From the NCBI GenBank assembly GCA_951406725.2, contig OX597825.1, positions 80,848,001 through 80,912,000 on the forward strand: 64,000 bases of DNA, written 5' to 3'. The number at the start of each line of letters is the position of its first letter. Within the stretch, counting starts at the first letter, position 1. The notes below the pieces were generated by a model that saw only the letters and a list, made by a program, of their open reading frames with translations, ran no database searches and was not told where the DNA came from. The position numbers and the translations under genes were made by a program. Positions 26,382 to 41,302 of the stretch are shown piece after piece. This DNA is from Octopus vulgaris. Its lineage: Eukaryota.

Positions 26382-27912
26382 AGAAAACTTTGTAAGACTT
26401 ATCCAACATTTCCAAAGATATATTTTAACGTGTGAACTAACAAAATGGAAATCAATGTAGAGTAAATTGTATTAAGTCGAACTCTACATGAAACAGACTA
26501 CATTGTCGATGAAATAAGTGAATATAAATACATGAAAAATAAAAGCCATCTTGTAATGGTTGTTAGTCAGATCGTGTTCCGGTAATTTTCAATTTTCTTC
26601 TCTGTCAATTTGTCATTTTAAATATTTACATTAATGGTGGAAAAAAGGAATTAGATGTCACTAAATAATAAATTTACTATAATTTAAACACATTTATATT
26701 GATTACTTCTGAATAATGTTAGAAAAATTAATCAAAAACACACAACGGCATCAAAGATGAATTTTCCGTTATGGCGCCTTATTGTTGCTATAGTTGCAAC
26801 CAACAACAACAACAGCAACAACAACATCAACAGTTACATTAGACAATATAATGATAAAGGAAAAAGTAAATGACGTTTATAGTAGATAAATATTTAATTA
26901 GTCTTAATTTCATTTGATTGGTTAATGCATTCTTCCCATTGTATTTTTATTTTAATTCGACCAACGTTGATAAAATAATTCTTAAATGTAGTTTTTGATG
27001 TACTTAAGCAATTATATATGTCTTAAATTCCGGCAATGTAGTAACATTATTTCTGTTCAGCATACTTTTACCGTTATCACTAAGCTGCTTAAAATGACTC
27101 CTGTCTGATCGTACCAGTAATTACAACAGGGTTCTATAACAGAATCAATGTAAGATGCCACTGTGATTTTTTCATTAATTTTCTAAAATTATTCAGAAAT
27201 AATCAATATTAATTAGTTTAAATTATAAAAAAAAAATTATCAGATAGTGACGTGTAACGAAATTTTCCCCACTATTGTAAATTTTAGAAATGATAGAAAA
27301 CAACATTGAAAATGACCGAAAATGCTCTGATAGACAACTGCTGCAGGACGTTTATTTATATATACTGGCAGTATCGCCCGGCGTTGCTCGGGTTTGTTTC
27401 GACCCTTTAGAATTAGAATTTTTGAAAAGTAAAAATTTTGCATTATGTAGCTTGTTATTCTCTTTAAGTGAACATTTTTCTAGTTGAAATACACCGAAAA
27501 ATGGCGACACAGCAGTAAAAAAATCGTAAAAAATCGGGATTTTCATAGAAAAAAATCCACCTTTTTGATGTAAATAATTTTTGGTGTTAACATGGTCCGA
27601 TTTGAATTTTATCTTCTACGGAAGGAAGAGCAAGCCTTCTTCTATCATACTTTCAATTTCGGTCAACTTGCGCCGCAGGGTCTCGGAGGAGATAGTGTTA
27701 GTTGAAGGCTACCAAACCTACCATACACAGACAACTTCAGCTTTATATAGAGAGAGATTTATACATACTTATTTCATCGACAAACAAACGCTGCCTGTTT
27801 CATGTTCAAAATGCCATGAAATAATTTAAATTACATCGATTTCCATTTTGTCAGTTCACACGTTAAAATATATCTTTAGAAATGTGGAATAAATCTTGGG
27901 AGGTTTGTTTTC
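26382..27912. mobile_element. Old foldback element with inverted arms of about 370 bp; the right arm is interrupted by a Helitron
   Basis: The left arm (26382-26752) is the reverse complement of 27154-27364 plus 27758-27912. For example, aaagatatattttaacgtgtgaactaacaaaatggaaatc pairs with gatttccattttgtcagttcacacgttaaaatatatcttt. Confidence 0.8.
27365..27757 (-). mobile_element. Non-autonomous Helitron
   Basis: The minus strand starts a|TCTCTCTCTATATAAAG. It ends with the subterminal hairpin CCCGAGCAACGCCGGG followed by CGATACTG-CCAG|t (CTAG-like). It sits in an A|T target with no TSD. Confidence 0.8.
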
Positions 27913-28363
27913 TTTCATGTAATATAGCTTCATTCAGATAACTATATATATAAAAATTGAACCTAGTGTCCATTATAAAAGAATGAAGCGATTTCCTGAA
28001 CATTGTATATCCGTTTGGATGCGAAACGTAGAGCAATTTGAAATTCCTTGACCTGCGTAGCAAAAGTAGAATTTGCCTGTCGTAGCAAAAGTAGTGTTTG
28101 ACATGGGAAACCGAAGCCACAGGTTCCTCTACAATATGCAACAAAAGCATTGTTTGTTTTAAATAAACATCTGCGCATCATACTTAAAGTAAATACATCA
28201 CGAAAAGCAAATTAACTGCGGTATTCGCCTGCAGATATCACTTATGGACGTGCTGTGTTTAAAAGTACAATATATATCGGAGGCAGACGTGAATCGTCCT
28301 AGCAGCGGCTTGTGTGAATGCGCGACATGCATTTCTACCTCGGTCTGCGTTGTCAGTAGTCTG

Positions 28364-28446
28364 TTGACACTTGCCCAAGGTGCCACACAATGGGACTGAA
28401 CTCAGAACCGTGTGATTGAGAAGCAAACGTTTTACCGCACAACCAC
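28364..28446 (-). mobile_element. SINE family A head fragment
   Basis: gacacttgcccaaggtgccacacaatgggactgaactcagaacc matches family A. Confidence 0.7.
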
Positions 28447-28449
28447 ATT

Positions 28450-28739
28450 GTTGAACATCTTAACTGACCACCACAGTCCCCGGATCTCAATATTATTAAA
28501 CATTTATGGTGCATTTTAGAAAAACAAGTCAATATCCTCCACCATCATCACTACAAGAACAGGAGACTATTTTAGCAGAAGAATGGACAAAAATTCCTTT
28601 GGAAAGAATTCAAACTTGGTACTCGTTCATACATCGTAGAATTCAAGCTGTAATTACTGCCAAAGCAGTCCTGCCCCATATTAAAATAAATTTGTTTGAA
28701 ATTTTAAGGTGTTTCCATTATTTTGCCCAACTCCTGTAT
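28450..28739 (+). mobile_element. Tc1-like transposon 3' fragment with right TIR
   Basis: Translation gives (W>*)PPQSPDLNIIKHLWCILEKQV and, after a frameshift, PPSSLQEQETILAEEWTKIPLERIQ..YS.IHRRIQAVITAK. The element ends gtttccattattttgcccaactcctg|ta. Confidence 0.82.
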
Positions 28740-29178
28740 ATACTTATGTAAATTAAATTAAATCGCCATTTTCATACAATTTCACCCACGACTGATGTAA
28801 TTTTTTGGCAGCCACTTAAAATATAAAATCTGTATTGCTGTAAAATAGTCACGTGACTTTTTATATAGTTTGAATTGAAACACATTTCACATATTTATTA
28901 ACCCACTTCTTTCAAGAAATTAACACCGTGATTCATTGATAAGAATTGTATTTATTTATCTGCTTTGCGATATGATAATTTTCAAGAGCATTTCCGGCTT
29001 ATATGATAACGAAGTGTCATTGAACTTCTCATCTAGAAAGCGGGTAGATATGGTTTCACAGTGCTCCTTTCTACTCATTGTGTGAAGTTAATATTCTGTT
29101 TTATGTCCCACTTCGATTCTCCTCTTCACCAAGAAGGAAAAAAAAAAGCGCTACATCAGGAATGGACAAAATTAGTAT

Positions 29179-29579
29179 CTCTTTTGCTCTTTTGCTTGTT
29201 TCAGTCATTTGACTGCGGCCACACTGGAGCACCACCTTTGGTCGAACAAATCGACACTAGGACTTATTCTTTGTAAGCCTAGCACTTATTCTATCGGTCT
29301 CTTTTGCCGAACCGTTAAGTTACGGGAACGTAAACACACCAGCATCGGTTGTCAAGCGATGTTGGGGGGACAAACACAGACACACAAACACACACACACA
29401 CATACATACTTATATACGACGGGCTTCTTTCAGTTTCCGTCTACCAAATCCACTCACAAGGCTTTGGTTGGCCCGAGGCTATAGTAGAAGACACTTGCCC
29501 AAGGTGCCACGCAGTGGGACTGAATCCAGAACCATGTGGTTCGTAAGGAAGCTACTTACCACACAGCCACTCCTGCGCC
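29179..29579 (-). mobile_element. SINE family A, full length, with a short internal microsatellite
   Basis: The complete head-to-tail sequence matches the other family A copies. Confidence 0.9.
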
Positions 29580-29602
29580 TATATAAATAAATAAATAAAT
29601 AA

Positions 29603-29853
29603 ATGTTTCCTTCTTGAGCCATGCCAAGCTCATGAGGGCTGTTTTCCCGGTTTCTATGGCGTATAGTTTCCCCACCTGGACGGGACGCCGATCCGTCGCA
29701 GGATTATTCACCTGTGCCAGCTGCGTGGACTGGAGCAACGTGAAATGAAGTGTTTTGCTCAAGAACACAACACATCGCCCGGTCCAGAAATCGAAACCAC
29801 AATCTTACGATCATGAGCCTAACACCCCTAACCACTACGCCACGCGCCCCCAC
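29603..29853 (-). mobile_element. SINE family D (tRNA head), full length
   Basis: The minus strand reads GGGCGCGTGGCGTAGTGGTTAG (A box)...GGTTTCGATTT (B box)...GTGTTCTTGAGCAAAACACTT...CCTGCGACGGATCGGCGTCCCGTCCAGG and has a (TTTA)n tail. Confidence 0.85.
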
Positions 29854-29902
29854 ATAAGTCAGTATAACGTTTCTATAGATTTTATATTAGTATATAGCTT
29901 TC

Positions 29903-30479
29903 TTCTTTTACTTGTTTAGACATTAGGCTACGGCCATGCTGGAGCACAACCTTCAAGGGGTTTAGTCGAACGAATCGACCGTAGCGTTTTTAAAGCTTGG
30001 TACTTATTCTATCAAACTCTTATGACGAACCGCTAAGTTACGTGGACATTAAAAAAAACTCAACACCGGTTGACAAATGGTGGTGGGGGACAAAAACAAA
30101 GTCACACACATACATACGCACATACACACAAATACACACGCACACGTACTTACATACACACTTACATACGTACATACATACATACATGTTTACATACATA
30201 CACACACATACATATATACAAACACATGCGCACACAGATATATACATACATATATATATACACATGCAACATACATACATACATACATACATACATACAT
30301 ACATACATACACACATACTTACGCGATGGGTTCTTTTAGTTTCCGTCAACCAAATCCACTCACAAGTCTTTGGTCAGCTCGGGGCTATAGTAAAAAAATC
30401 ACTTGTTCAAAGTTTCACACGGTGGGACTGAACCCAGAACCACGTAGTTGGGAAGCAAACATCTTACCACACAACCACA
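29903..30479 (-). mobile_element. SINE family A, older subfamily, with an internal (CATA)n expansion
   Basis: Family A head and tail with more substitutions than the other copies. About 220 bp of (CATA)n/(CA)n occupies the internal site. Confidence 0.8.
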
Positions 30480-30878
30480 TTCAAAAGAAAGAACCTTTCA
30501 TTAAAGCTTCATTTTCGTATCTAGCGATCCTCACAAGTATACAAATATCTCCATAGATTATGCTCGATCTGGGCTGACCTAGTGTTAAACAACGACAGCA
30601 ATATGAATATAAAAAGTAAAACCCAATTTCTTCTCTGAAATATGGGAGCTAAAAGAAACTATAAGGAATCTTTATCTTGTAGGTCATGAGAATTATAGAG
30701 TTGTAGATGTTCTTCCAGTAAGTCAAGAGAACGAGGTTTTGCTAATTTCCCTTTTAAGACATTCAACTGCAGGTGGGGGCGCCACATATCTTATCTCGGT
30801 ATGTTCTAGTACCAGGAGAATAAGGCGCAAATAAAGAAGTATTTCTTTGAGTTAGAGGCAATGCATTCTGAGTTCAGT

Positions 30879-31268
30879 GGAGGCGCAATGGCCCAGTGGT
30901 TAGGGCAGCGGACTCGCGGTCATAGGATCGCGGTTTCGATTCCCAGACCGGGCGTTGTGAGTGTTTATTGAGCGAAAACACTTAAAAGCTCCACGAGGGT
31001 CCGGCAGGGGATGGTGGTGATCTCTGCTGTACTCTTTCACCACAACTTTCTCTCACTCTTACTTCCTGTTTCTGTTGTACCTGTATTTCAAAAGGGCCGG
31101 CCTTGTCACTCTCTGTGTCACGCTGAATATCCCCGAGAACTACGTTAAGGGTACACGTGTCTGTGGAGTGCTCAGCCACTTACACGTTAATTTCACGAGT
31201 AGGCTGTTCCGTTGATTCGGATCAACCGGAACCCTCGTCGTCGTAACCGACGGAGTGCTTCTATCTAT
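30879..31268 (+). mobile_element. SINE family C (tRNA-derived), intact, with TSD
   Basis: GGAGGCGCAATGGCCCAGTGGTTAGG (A box)...GGTTTCGATTCCC (B box). It is CpG-rich and flanked by attctgagtt at 30865-30874 and 31269-31278. Confidence 0.9.
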
Positions 31269-31544
31269 ATTCTGAGTTAAAATATAACCAAAGTCAATTC
31301 TGACTTACCTTCTACCGAATGAATTGATACCAGTAATATAAGTGGATTGATATGATTTTGCAGTGTCTCCATCTACTCCATATGCTAAGTTAAAAGAAAT
31401 AAAATATTTGTCGATGTTTTAAGATGCAAAGACGAAGCGTACTGTTTTCCCTCTGGATACAAGACCAGTTTAACGCTAAGAACATTCCGAAAAAATATTG
31501 GTTAATATTTTTGAGAATTTTAAACTGAAGTTTCTTTCTCTTTC

Positions 31545-31748
31545 TCTCTTACTTTTAGTCATTTGACTGCGGCCATGCTGGAGCACGGCATTTAGTCGAG
31601 CAAATCGACTCCAAGACTTTTTCTTTGTAAGCCTAGTACTTATTCTATTGGTATCTTTTGCCGAACCGCTAAGTTACGGGAACGTAAGCACACCAGCATT
31701 GGTTGTCAAGTGATGTTGGGGGGGGGGGGGACAAACAGAGATATACAA

Positions 31749-31804
<56 letters not shown>

Positions 31805-31805
31805 G

Positions 31806-31839
<34 letters not shown>

Positions 31840-32013
31840 TATATGCGACGGACTTCTTTCAGTTTCCGTCTACCAAATCTTCTACTATAGCCTCGAGCTT
31901 TAGTCGGCCCGAGGCTATAGCAGAAGACACTTGCCCGAGGTGTCACGCAGTGGAACTGAACCCGGAACCATGTGGTTGGTAAGCAAGCTACTTACCACGC
32001 AGCAACTCCTGCG
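31545..32013 (-). mobile_element. SINE family A, full length
   Basis: A complete family A match that also contains a local inverted duplication at 31879-31926. Confidence 0.88.
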
Positions 32014-32899
32014 TTTGTTGGAGAATATTTCAAAAATATTCTTCACAATTTTTCTTTTTATTTTTCCTGGTCCAACCATCGTGGAACATTTCCCTGGTCG
32101 ATTCCTGTCAATTCTTAATCTAAGCCAAGCTACGTTATTGTAACGTGGGAAATTACACACATAGAACAGCATCGGGAGTCCAGGGATAATTTATAACTTG
32201 CTGAAAACTATCACTAATTCACGAACAGATATAAAACAGTCATTTCTATCGATTTTCCTTTGTACATTCTAGAAACTTGAAACTAATTGGAAATAATTGA
32301 AAACCACACGAAGACATGATATTACTCCGGTGATATCCTTTCACAAAATGTACATCGCTAATATTTGAAGCGACAAGGTGTTTGTCTTTAAAGCAAATAT
32401 TCAACTGTTGGACGTTTCATAATATTTGTTTCCTCAGCGCCACGAAGAATATAGTAATTTATTACTTGGGTACAAAACCGGTAACTTATTGGAAAAAAAT
32501 GTAGAATAACCAAGTGTATGAGGTCATAATTCAAACGAGTGAGACGAGATAAAAGGCTGTACAAAACTTTTAACGATCAGTTCATTCTGTGTATGAAAAT
32601 ATTCAGCTACCATTTTGTTGTAGACCTGAGTTAGTCAAATGTTTCTATTTGTTGGAATAGTCTCGTTCTTCGTGGGGAAGTTTGCTTAAGAGAGAGTAGC
32701 AACATATCCAGGGAAAACGTATTACTTCGGTCTCGTTAATGTTAAGAGGAAACCAGAACATAGAACCATTTCTACGGGCTAAAGTAGCTTGTTAAAATTA
32801 ACCTAGTCATCTGAAATAGGAACCAGTTCTTCGTGGGGGAAATATGCTTAAGAAAGATTCGCGACATATTCGGAGAAAAAGCATATATGTATATGCACA

Positions 32900-32949
<50 letters not shown>

Positions 32950-33169
32950 TTTATATGTGAAGGCACGATGTGTTCTTCAGCAACGCAATACTTTCACGTT
33001 GTACCAGTTTACACTTGTGACGCAATAGCCCTCCGATCAGGAGAATATTGGCCTGTCCGCCAAACTAGCGGGATGGTGTAATCCGAAAGCTAAAACAATA
33101 TGAAGCGCACTATAACAAGCGATGTATAACCACATCAGATAGTCTGATCGAGACCGTTATATATATATA

Positions 33170-33345
33170 TTTTCTATCTCTTTTCATTTTCTCTCCCTGT
33201 TTATTTCTGTGTTTTCCCTTCTGTTGAAGAGCATAGACTCGAAACGTAAACGACTATCTCACTTCCCGAGCGTTAAACTAATACATCTGTTTGTTGCTTA
33301 CACACCCGTCTTCATCGTTTGTCTTTTTTTTGTAAATTCCAACTA
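33170..33345 (+). mobile_element. Family E1 hammerhead-bearing element between (TA)n tracts
   Basis: ccttCTGTTGAagagcatagactcGAAACGTAaacg (33217-33252), then the E1 body and a long (TA)n. Confidence 0.78.
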
Positions 33346-33477
<132 letters not shown>

Positions 33478-33524
33478 CATGCATATATATATATATGTAT
33501 ACATATATATATATATATTCAAAA

Positions 33525-33720
33525 TGTGACCTCGGCGATTTTTTTTCCTCTGCCTTCCCTTCTCTGGATCTTTCCTTCTACTATGTTTCTGACGAAGAGC
33601 TCCGCTCGAAACGTTAAACCCTCCTTCTTTCCTTCTTTCCTGAGCGTCCAATAATACTATATTTGTTCCACGTCCTCGCGTTGTTGTGTTTTGTTTTGGG
33701 TTTTCTCGTTTGGATTAACT
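33525..33720 (+). mobile_element. Family E2 hammerhead-bearing element between (TA)n tracts
   Basis: Matches 50785-50956 and shares ctgagcgt..aata.tac with the E1 body. Confidence 0.8.
33585..33619 (+). ncRNA. Minimal type I hammerhead ribozyme with canonical core
   Basis: GUUU-CUGACGA-A-GAGC(ucc)GCUC-GAAA-CG-UU^-AAAC. Stem I is GUUU/AAAC, stem II is GAGC/GCUC, and stem III is the palindromic ACGU. Confidence 0.82.
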
Positions 33721-33777
33721 ATATATATATATATATATATATAAATATATGCACACACACACATACACACACATATA

Positions 33778-33960
33778 GCCGCAGGAGTGGCTATGTGGAA
33801 GTAGTTTGCTTACCAACCAAATGGTTCCGGGTTCAGTCACTTGGGCAAGTATCTTCAATTATAGCGTCGAGCCAGCCAAAGCCTTGTAAGTCAATTTGGT
33901 AGATGGAAACTGAAAAAAGCCTAACGTGTGTGTATACATATATATATATGTATATATATA

Positions 33961-34036
<76 letters not shown>

Positions 34037-34203
34037 GTTTGTGTGTCTGTGTTTGTCTACTAACCATCGCTTGACAACCGATGTTAGTGTGTTTACGTCC
34101 CCGTAACTTAGCGGTTCGTCAAAAGAGACCGATAGAATAAGTACTAGGGTTCGATTTGTTCGAAAGTCCATGGCTGAGGTCAAGTGACTGAAACGTAAAA
34201 GAA
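33778..34203 (+). mobile_element. SINE family A with internal deletions
   Basis: Head gcaggagtggctatgtgg and tail aagtgactgaaacgtaaaaga. Confidence 0.8.
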
Positions 34204-34278
34204 TAGCATAAAGAATATATATATATATACACACACACATATATGTATATATATATACACACACATATATGTATATAC

Positions 34279-34310
<32 letters not shown>

Positions 34311-34654
34311 ATATATATATATATACATATATATACATATATATATATATATAAATATATACATATATATATATATATGTATGTATCTATATATGTATGT
34401 GTGTGCGTGTATGTGAGTATGCTTTTGTGTGTGTGTGTATTTTTTATTCATTAATATTGTCCCATGCGTGTTTACTCCGTCCTTTACATTGTGATGTCAA
34501 AGAAATAACCTCGATTAATTGACTGAAAAGATAAGAGCAAATTTGCCCTCATCACAGAACAGAATAAATGAAGTGCAAAGAAAACTAATTTTCTTTTCTT
34601 CCCATTAGTTTTTTTTTGTCACGCAATCTAATATTTCAAAATATACAATACACA

Positions 34655-34680
34655 ATATATATATATATATATATATATAT

Positions 34681-34716
<36 letters not shown>

Positions 34717-34729
34717 CACATATATATAC

Positions 34730-34764
<35 letters not shown>

Positions 34765-34769
34765 CATAC

Positions 34770-34835
<66 letters not shown>

Positions 34836-34987
34836 GCACATATATATACATATATATATACATATATATATATATGCATATATATATACATATATATATA
34901 TATGTATATATACATATATATATATACATATATATACATATATACATATATATACATATATATATATACATATATACATATATATGC

Positions 34988-35070
<83 letters not shown>

Positions 35071-35118
35071 GCAGAACCTCGGTTTACGAACGCCTCTGAT
35101 CACGAATAAATCGTGCTT

Positions 35119-35181
<63 letters not shown>

Positions 35182-35185
35182 ATGC

Positions 35186-35240
<55 letters not shown>

Positions 35241-35270
35241 TATATGTATGTATGCATGTATGTATATATT
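34655..35270. repeat. Long compound (TA)n/(CA)n tract containing a solo Tigger-like terminus at 35069-35115
   Basis: Microsatellite interrupted by cagcagaacctcggtttacgaacgcctctgatcacgaataaatcg. Confidence 0.8.
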
Positions 35271-35687
35271 GAAGCTGTTCATAATGGATGCAGAACATAC
35301 TCGCGCTTGCGCACACACATACAGACGCACACATGCTATATCACGCATATATAAACATACACTTCTTTAAAATCAGATCTGTTGTATAAGCTTCTTGAAG
35401 ACTGGCCATTCCATAGAATATGGCATTGTGTGTCTGTGCTGCTGGACGAAAATGTCACAAACATAAAAGGTTGCATAGAATTCTTTGTAAATGTCATACG
35501 GAATTGCTGCTAGAATCTTGGTTGTTCTGACAATAGAAATTAAATGCGAATAGCAAATATTTACACGAATGAATAATTTATATTTTCTTCGATAAATAAA
35601 GATATATGTATATATATAGACATAAATGCAATTTCGTTTTCGGAGGAGCAAGTATTTGCTTTGCCGGTTTTTGAATGCAACCCAAAA

Positions 35688-35749
<62 letters not shown>

Positions 35750-35827
35750 ACGCACATTTATATAAAAAATCTTATGTGTGTGGCTACACATACATACATA
35801 CATACATACATACATACATACATACAT

Positions 35828-35916
<89 letters not shown>

Positions 35917-36040
35917 TTTATATATATTTATACATCATATATACATATATATATATATTTATACATCATATATATATATATATATATATATGTATTTATA
36001 TAAAAATAAATATATACATACATGCATAGGCATATATATG

Positions 36041-36098
<58 letters not shown>

Positions 36099-36100
<2 letters not shown>

Positions 36101-36482
36101 CGCAGGAGTGGCTGTGTGGTAAGTAGCTTGCTAACTAACCACATTGTTCCGGGTTCTGTCCCACTGCGTGGCATCTTGGGCAAGTGTCTTCTGCTATAGC
36201 CGACCAATGCCTTGTGAGTAGATTTGGTAGACGGAAACTGAAAGAAGCCTGTCGTATATATGTATATATATATATATGTATGTGTGTGTTTGTCCCCTTA
36301 GCATTGCTTGACAACCGATGCTGGTGTGTTTACGTCCCCGTCACTCAACGGTTCGGCAAAAGAGACCAATAGAATAAGTACTGGGCTTACAAAGAATAAG
36401 TCCTGGGGTCGATTGCTCGACTAAAGGCGGTGCTCCAGCATGGCCACAGTCAAATGACTGAAACAAGTAAAAGAGTAAAGAG
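36099..36482 (+). mobile_element. SINE family A, full length, inside (TA)n
   Basis: Complete head-to-tail match with (TA)n on both sides. Confidence 0.92.
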
Positions 36483-37414
36483 TATATATATATATATATA
36501 TATATGCATATATACATAAACATACATGCATACGCAAACACACCCCAACCCCATTTATATATATATACATGTATATATATATATGTGTGTGTATATACAT
36601 ACGCACACACAGAGGAACAAAGATGCATTCAAGTCGATTCAATTGTATTGCGAAATGTTATTGCTTTCCATCAATGGTAATTCTTCCATCAGTTCCACAT
36701 TTATTCCTAAGGAGCTTGTATGGCTTATCCCGGCACCATCAACACAGTACCAAGTTCAATACGTCATAATCATTATACATTATGTTGCCATAGAAACCTG
36801 GTTCATATCGAAAAGCAAAGTTTAACCCTTAATCGAATCACACGTTAGCGAATCGCTTACTACTACACCAGTTGCATCTTCGAGAAATGCATGTTTATAT
36901 TCTGCAGGTCTCAGGGCGAAGGAAGAACCGTCCTTACAAGCAAAACCAGAACATAAGCAAAATCTTTTCAGCATAAACTGTGATGCTGCTTGAATCAGTG
37001 AAAAATGCACAGAATTTTAAAAGGTTTCACTGGTTTTATATGAAAAGGTTAGCAATTTTTCGGACTGAAGCCAAATGGTTGCTAGGGTTTGGGCATAGCA
37101 ACTGGTGAAAGAATTGCACCGTTCACGTTTAACTTCTTGGCTTGGATTCTTACTCTTTGTGATCCTGTATTACATGGGTTTCATGAAAGGTCAGAATAGT
37201 GACTGTGCACGCACACGTACGCACGCATGCACGCACGCACGCACGCACAAACACACACACACATACGCACACACACACAAAAGTATGTATGTATATAATT
37301 TCAATAAATCAGGATTTTATCTTCTATTTTATTTAATATATCTTGATACACACAGACACACACACAGACACACACACACAGACACACACAGACACACACA
37401 CACACATACACACA

Positions 37415-37480
<66 letters not shown>

Positions 37481-37663
37481 AAGAATACGAATAAGAATAA
37501 TAGAAACAATTTTACATTGATCTGATGGGTTACTCCATACTTTTGCAGTGTAGAAATTTATTCTTTAACAAGAATAGCATTGATAGTAACTTCGAAGTTT
37601 CGAGCAGCTTCGGACTAACAAAAAAGTGGTATGATTAGACGAAAAAAATGGGTATATTAAATA

Positions 37664-37801
37664 ATATTTTCTACTCTAGGCACAAGGTCCGAAATTTTTG
37701 TGGTGAGGGCCAGTCAATTAGATCGACTCCAGTACGCAACTGGTACTTAATTTATCAACCCCGAAAGGTAAAGTCGACCTCGCCAGAATTTGAACTCAGA
37801 A
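37664..37801 (-). mobile_element. SINE family B 3' fragment
   Basis: tggtacttaatttatcaaccccgaaagg...gtcgacctcgccagaatttgaactcagaa. Confidence 0.75.
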
Positions 37802-37816
37802 TGTATATATATATAC

Positions 37817-37894
<78 letters not shown>

Positions 37895-38084
37895 ATATAT
37901 GACTGTATATATGTTTGTATATATATATGTGTATGTATGTATATATATGTATTTATATATAGGTATGTATATATATATATATGTATATATATGTATGTAT
38001 ATATAGGTATGTATATATATATACATATGTATATATATGTATGTATCTATCTATATATTTATATACGTATATATATTTATATAC

Positions 38085-38131
<47 letters not shown>

Positions 38132-38554
38132 TTTATGTGTGTGTGTGTATAGGTATAATAGTGCAAATGTCGCTGCACTACAATGCCGTATACAATGTAT
38201 ATGTCTCCTGTAAAGAGTGCGACGCTTCCTGTCTATGAAACCAGCAAACAATACTCCTGTAATATTTGATATGAAGACAACAGTCTATACAAACAAATGA
38301 AGAATAGGAGAGAGGAAGACTTAATGCAAGCAAAATGGCGACAGAATAGTTGGGGAAGAGACGTCGTTGCTCGTCTGGTTTAGCACAGTGGTGGTGGCAG
38401 TGGTGGAGATTAATCACTGGAGTAATGGTTTAAAGAAAAGGAGATGAATAGGAAAAGAGAATGAAGCACAGTACCACTGCACAGGAGATAGACTAAAGAC
38501 TTCAGTTTTATGTTGTTGCTCATTTGCAACTAGTTTGATTGAGCATGCGCGGAA

Positions 38555-38872
38555 ATTTTATTTCATCTAGTTTCAGCTCACGAGCTGTGGCCATGCTAGG
38601 GCACCGCCATTTGGTGTTGCTACATGATTTTACTTCATGAATGCTTTTTAGCAATTGACATTTGGTGCATGAGAGAGTTTGATGCAGCTGCCCTCATCTG
38701 CACCTCCTGCCGCGAAGTTGACAGGAAGAGGTCCAGCTTTATTTTGAAGACACCTAAATCAACCCCATGCAGGTCTCTTAGGTCCTTCGGGAGGATATTG
38801 AAGAGTTGTGGACCTCTGAAGCCCAGGCTATTGCAGTATCTTGTCCTACATCTTGATGGCAAATTTGGAGTC
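38555..38872 (-). mobile_element. CR1/L2-like LINE 3' end fragment
   Basis: ORF 38635-38862 (YCNSLGFRGPQLFNILPKDLRDLHGVDLGVFKIKLDLFL...RAAASNSL) is homologous to the end of the LINE at 46085-47046. The 3' tail is GGCGGTGCCCTAGCATGGCCACAGCTCGTGAGCTGAAAC. Confidence 0.85.
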
Positions 38873-38919
38873 CTTGAAGTATTTTTATAATTAGTTTCAA
38901 ATTTTAGTCATTACATCCA

Positions 38920-40187
<1,268 letters not shown>

Positions 40188-40477
40188 TAGAAAAATGTAG
40201 TGTTAATTATTCCAAACGAAACTTGGAATAAATTCTCGTCCGATATTCCCAGAGCAGAATCGTCTGCCAGTGAGTCTCTTTGAATTTTGAATTTTATAAA
40301 CCGATTTACTATTTGTTCTGTATTATGTTACTCATCAAACATACAAAGAAAAAAAAATATTACATTAACTCAACAAAAAAAGAGGAAAAACTCATATATT
40401 ATATTTACCCAGTTCACAATAGAAATCAATAAAACAATTAGATTATTAACTGAATCAACAATCAGTCTTATTGATAG

Positions 40478-40760
<283 letters not shown>

Positions 40761-41052
40761 TGGACACCGTCTGGTTTAGCAGGGAAATTACCCTGATCTA
40801 AGTATTCTTCGAGGCACGTGCTTTTTTCATCCAATCAATGCTGCTTCACCTGTTTTCGGTATCCGAATATTTTGTTTGCTTCTCTATTATTTTCAGATTG
40901 ATCAATTTGTTTTCGTTATCAGTGTTATGCGTTGAAGTTTAGTCCCAAGTCAGCCCAGATCTATGAGCAGAAAAAGCATTCCATTCTAGCCACCCTGTCT
41001 CTTTATATATATACACACACACACATACATACATATATGTATATGTAAATAT

Positions 41053-41117
<65 letters not shown>

Positions 41118-41118
<1 letters not shown>

Positions 41119-41302
41119 TAATGGTTATCGCCATACTAATATGGCAGTCTAAATATAAGATTAGACTGATTAGCTCCAAGAGGCCACCGCCTCTAGCTAG
41201 CTATATGACACACGAACCTGCGTCCATTACAACCTTCGAAAGTTGTAATGGACGCAGCTTTAGTCTTATATTTAGACTGCCATATTAGTATGGCGATAAC
41301 TA

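Noticed and set aside
30879-30950. Possible tRNA gene
   Set aside because: A and B boxes are present, but it is the head of a 390-bp TSD-flanked SINE and has no acceptor-stem closure or terminator.
35373-35526. Possible exon (open frames on both strands, each with an AG acceptor)
   Set aside because: The strand is ambiguous, neither peptide is recognisable, and there is no clear splice partner. RNA-seq would be needed.
36822-37010. Possible exon with a GTAAGC donor (minus) or a ttctgcag acceptor (plus)
   Set aside because: The signals conflict and the peptides are not recognisable.
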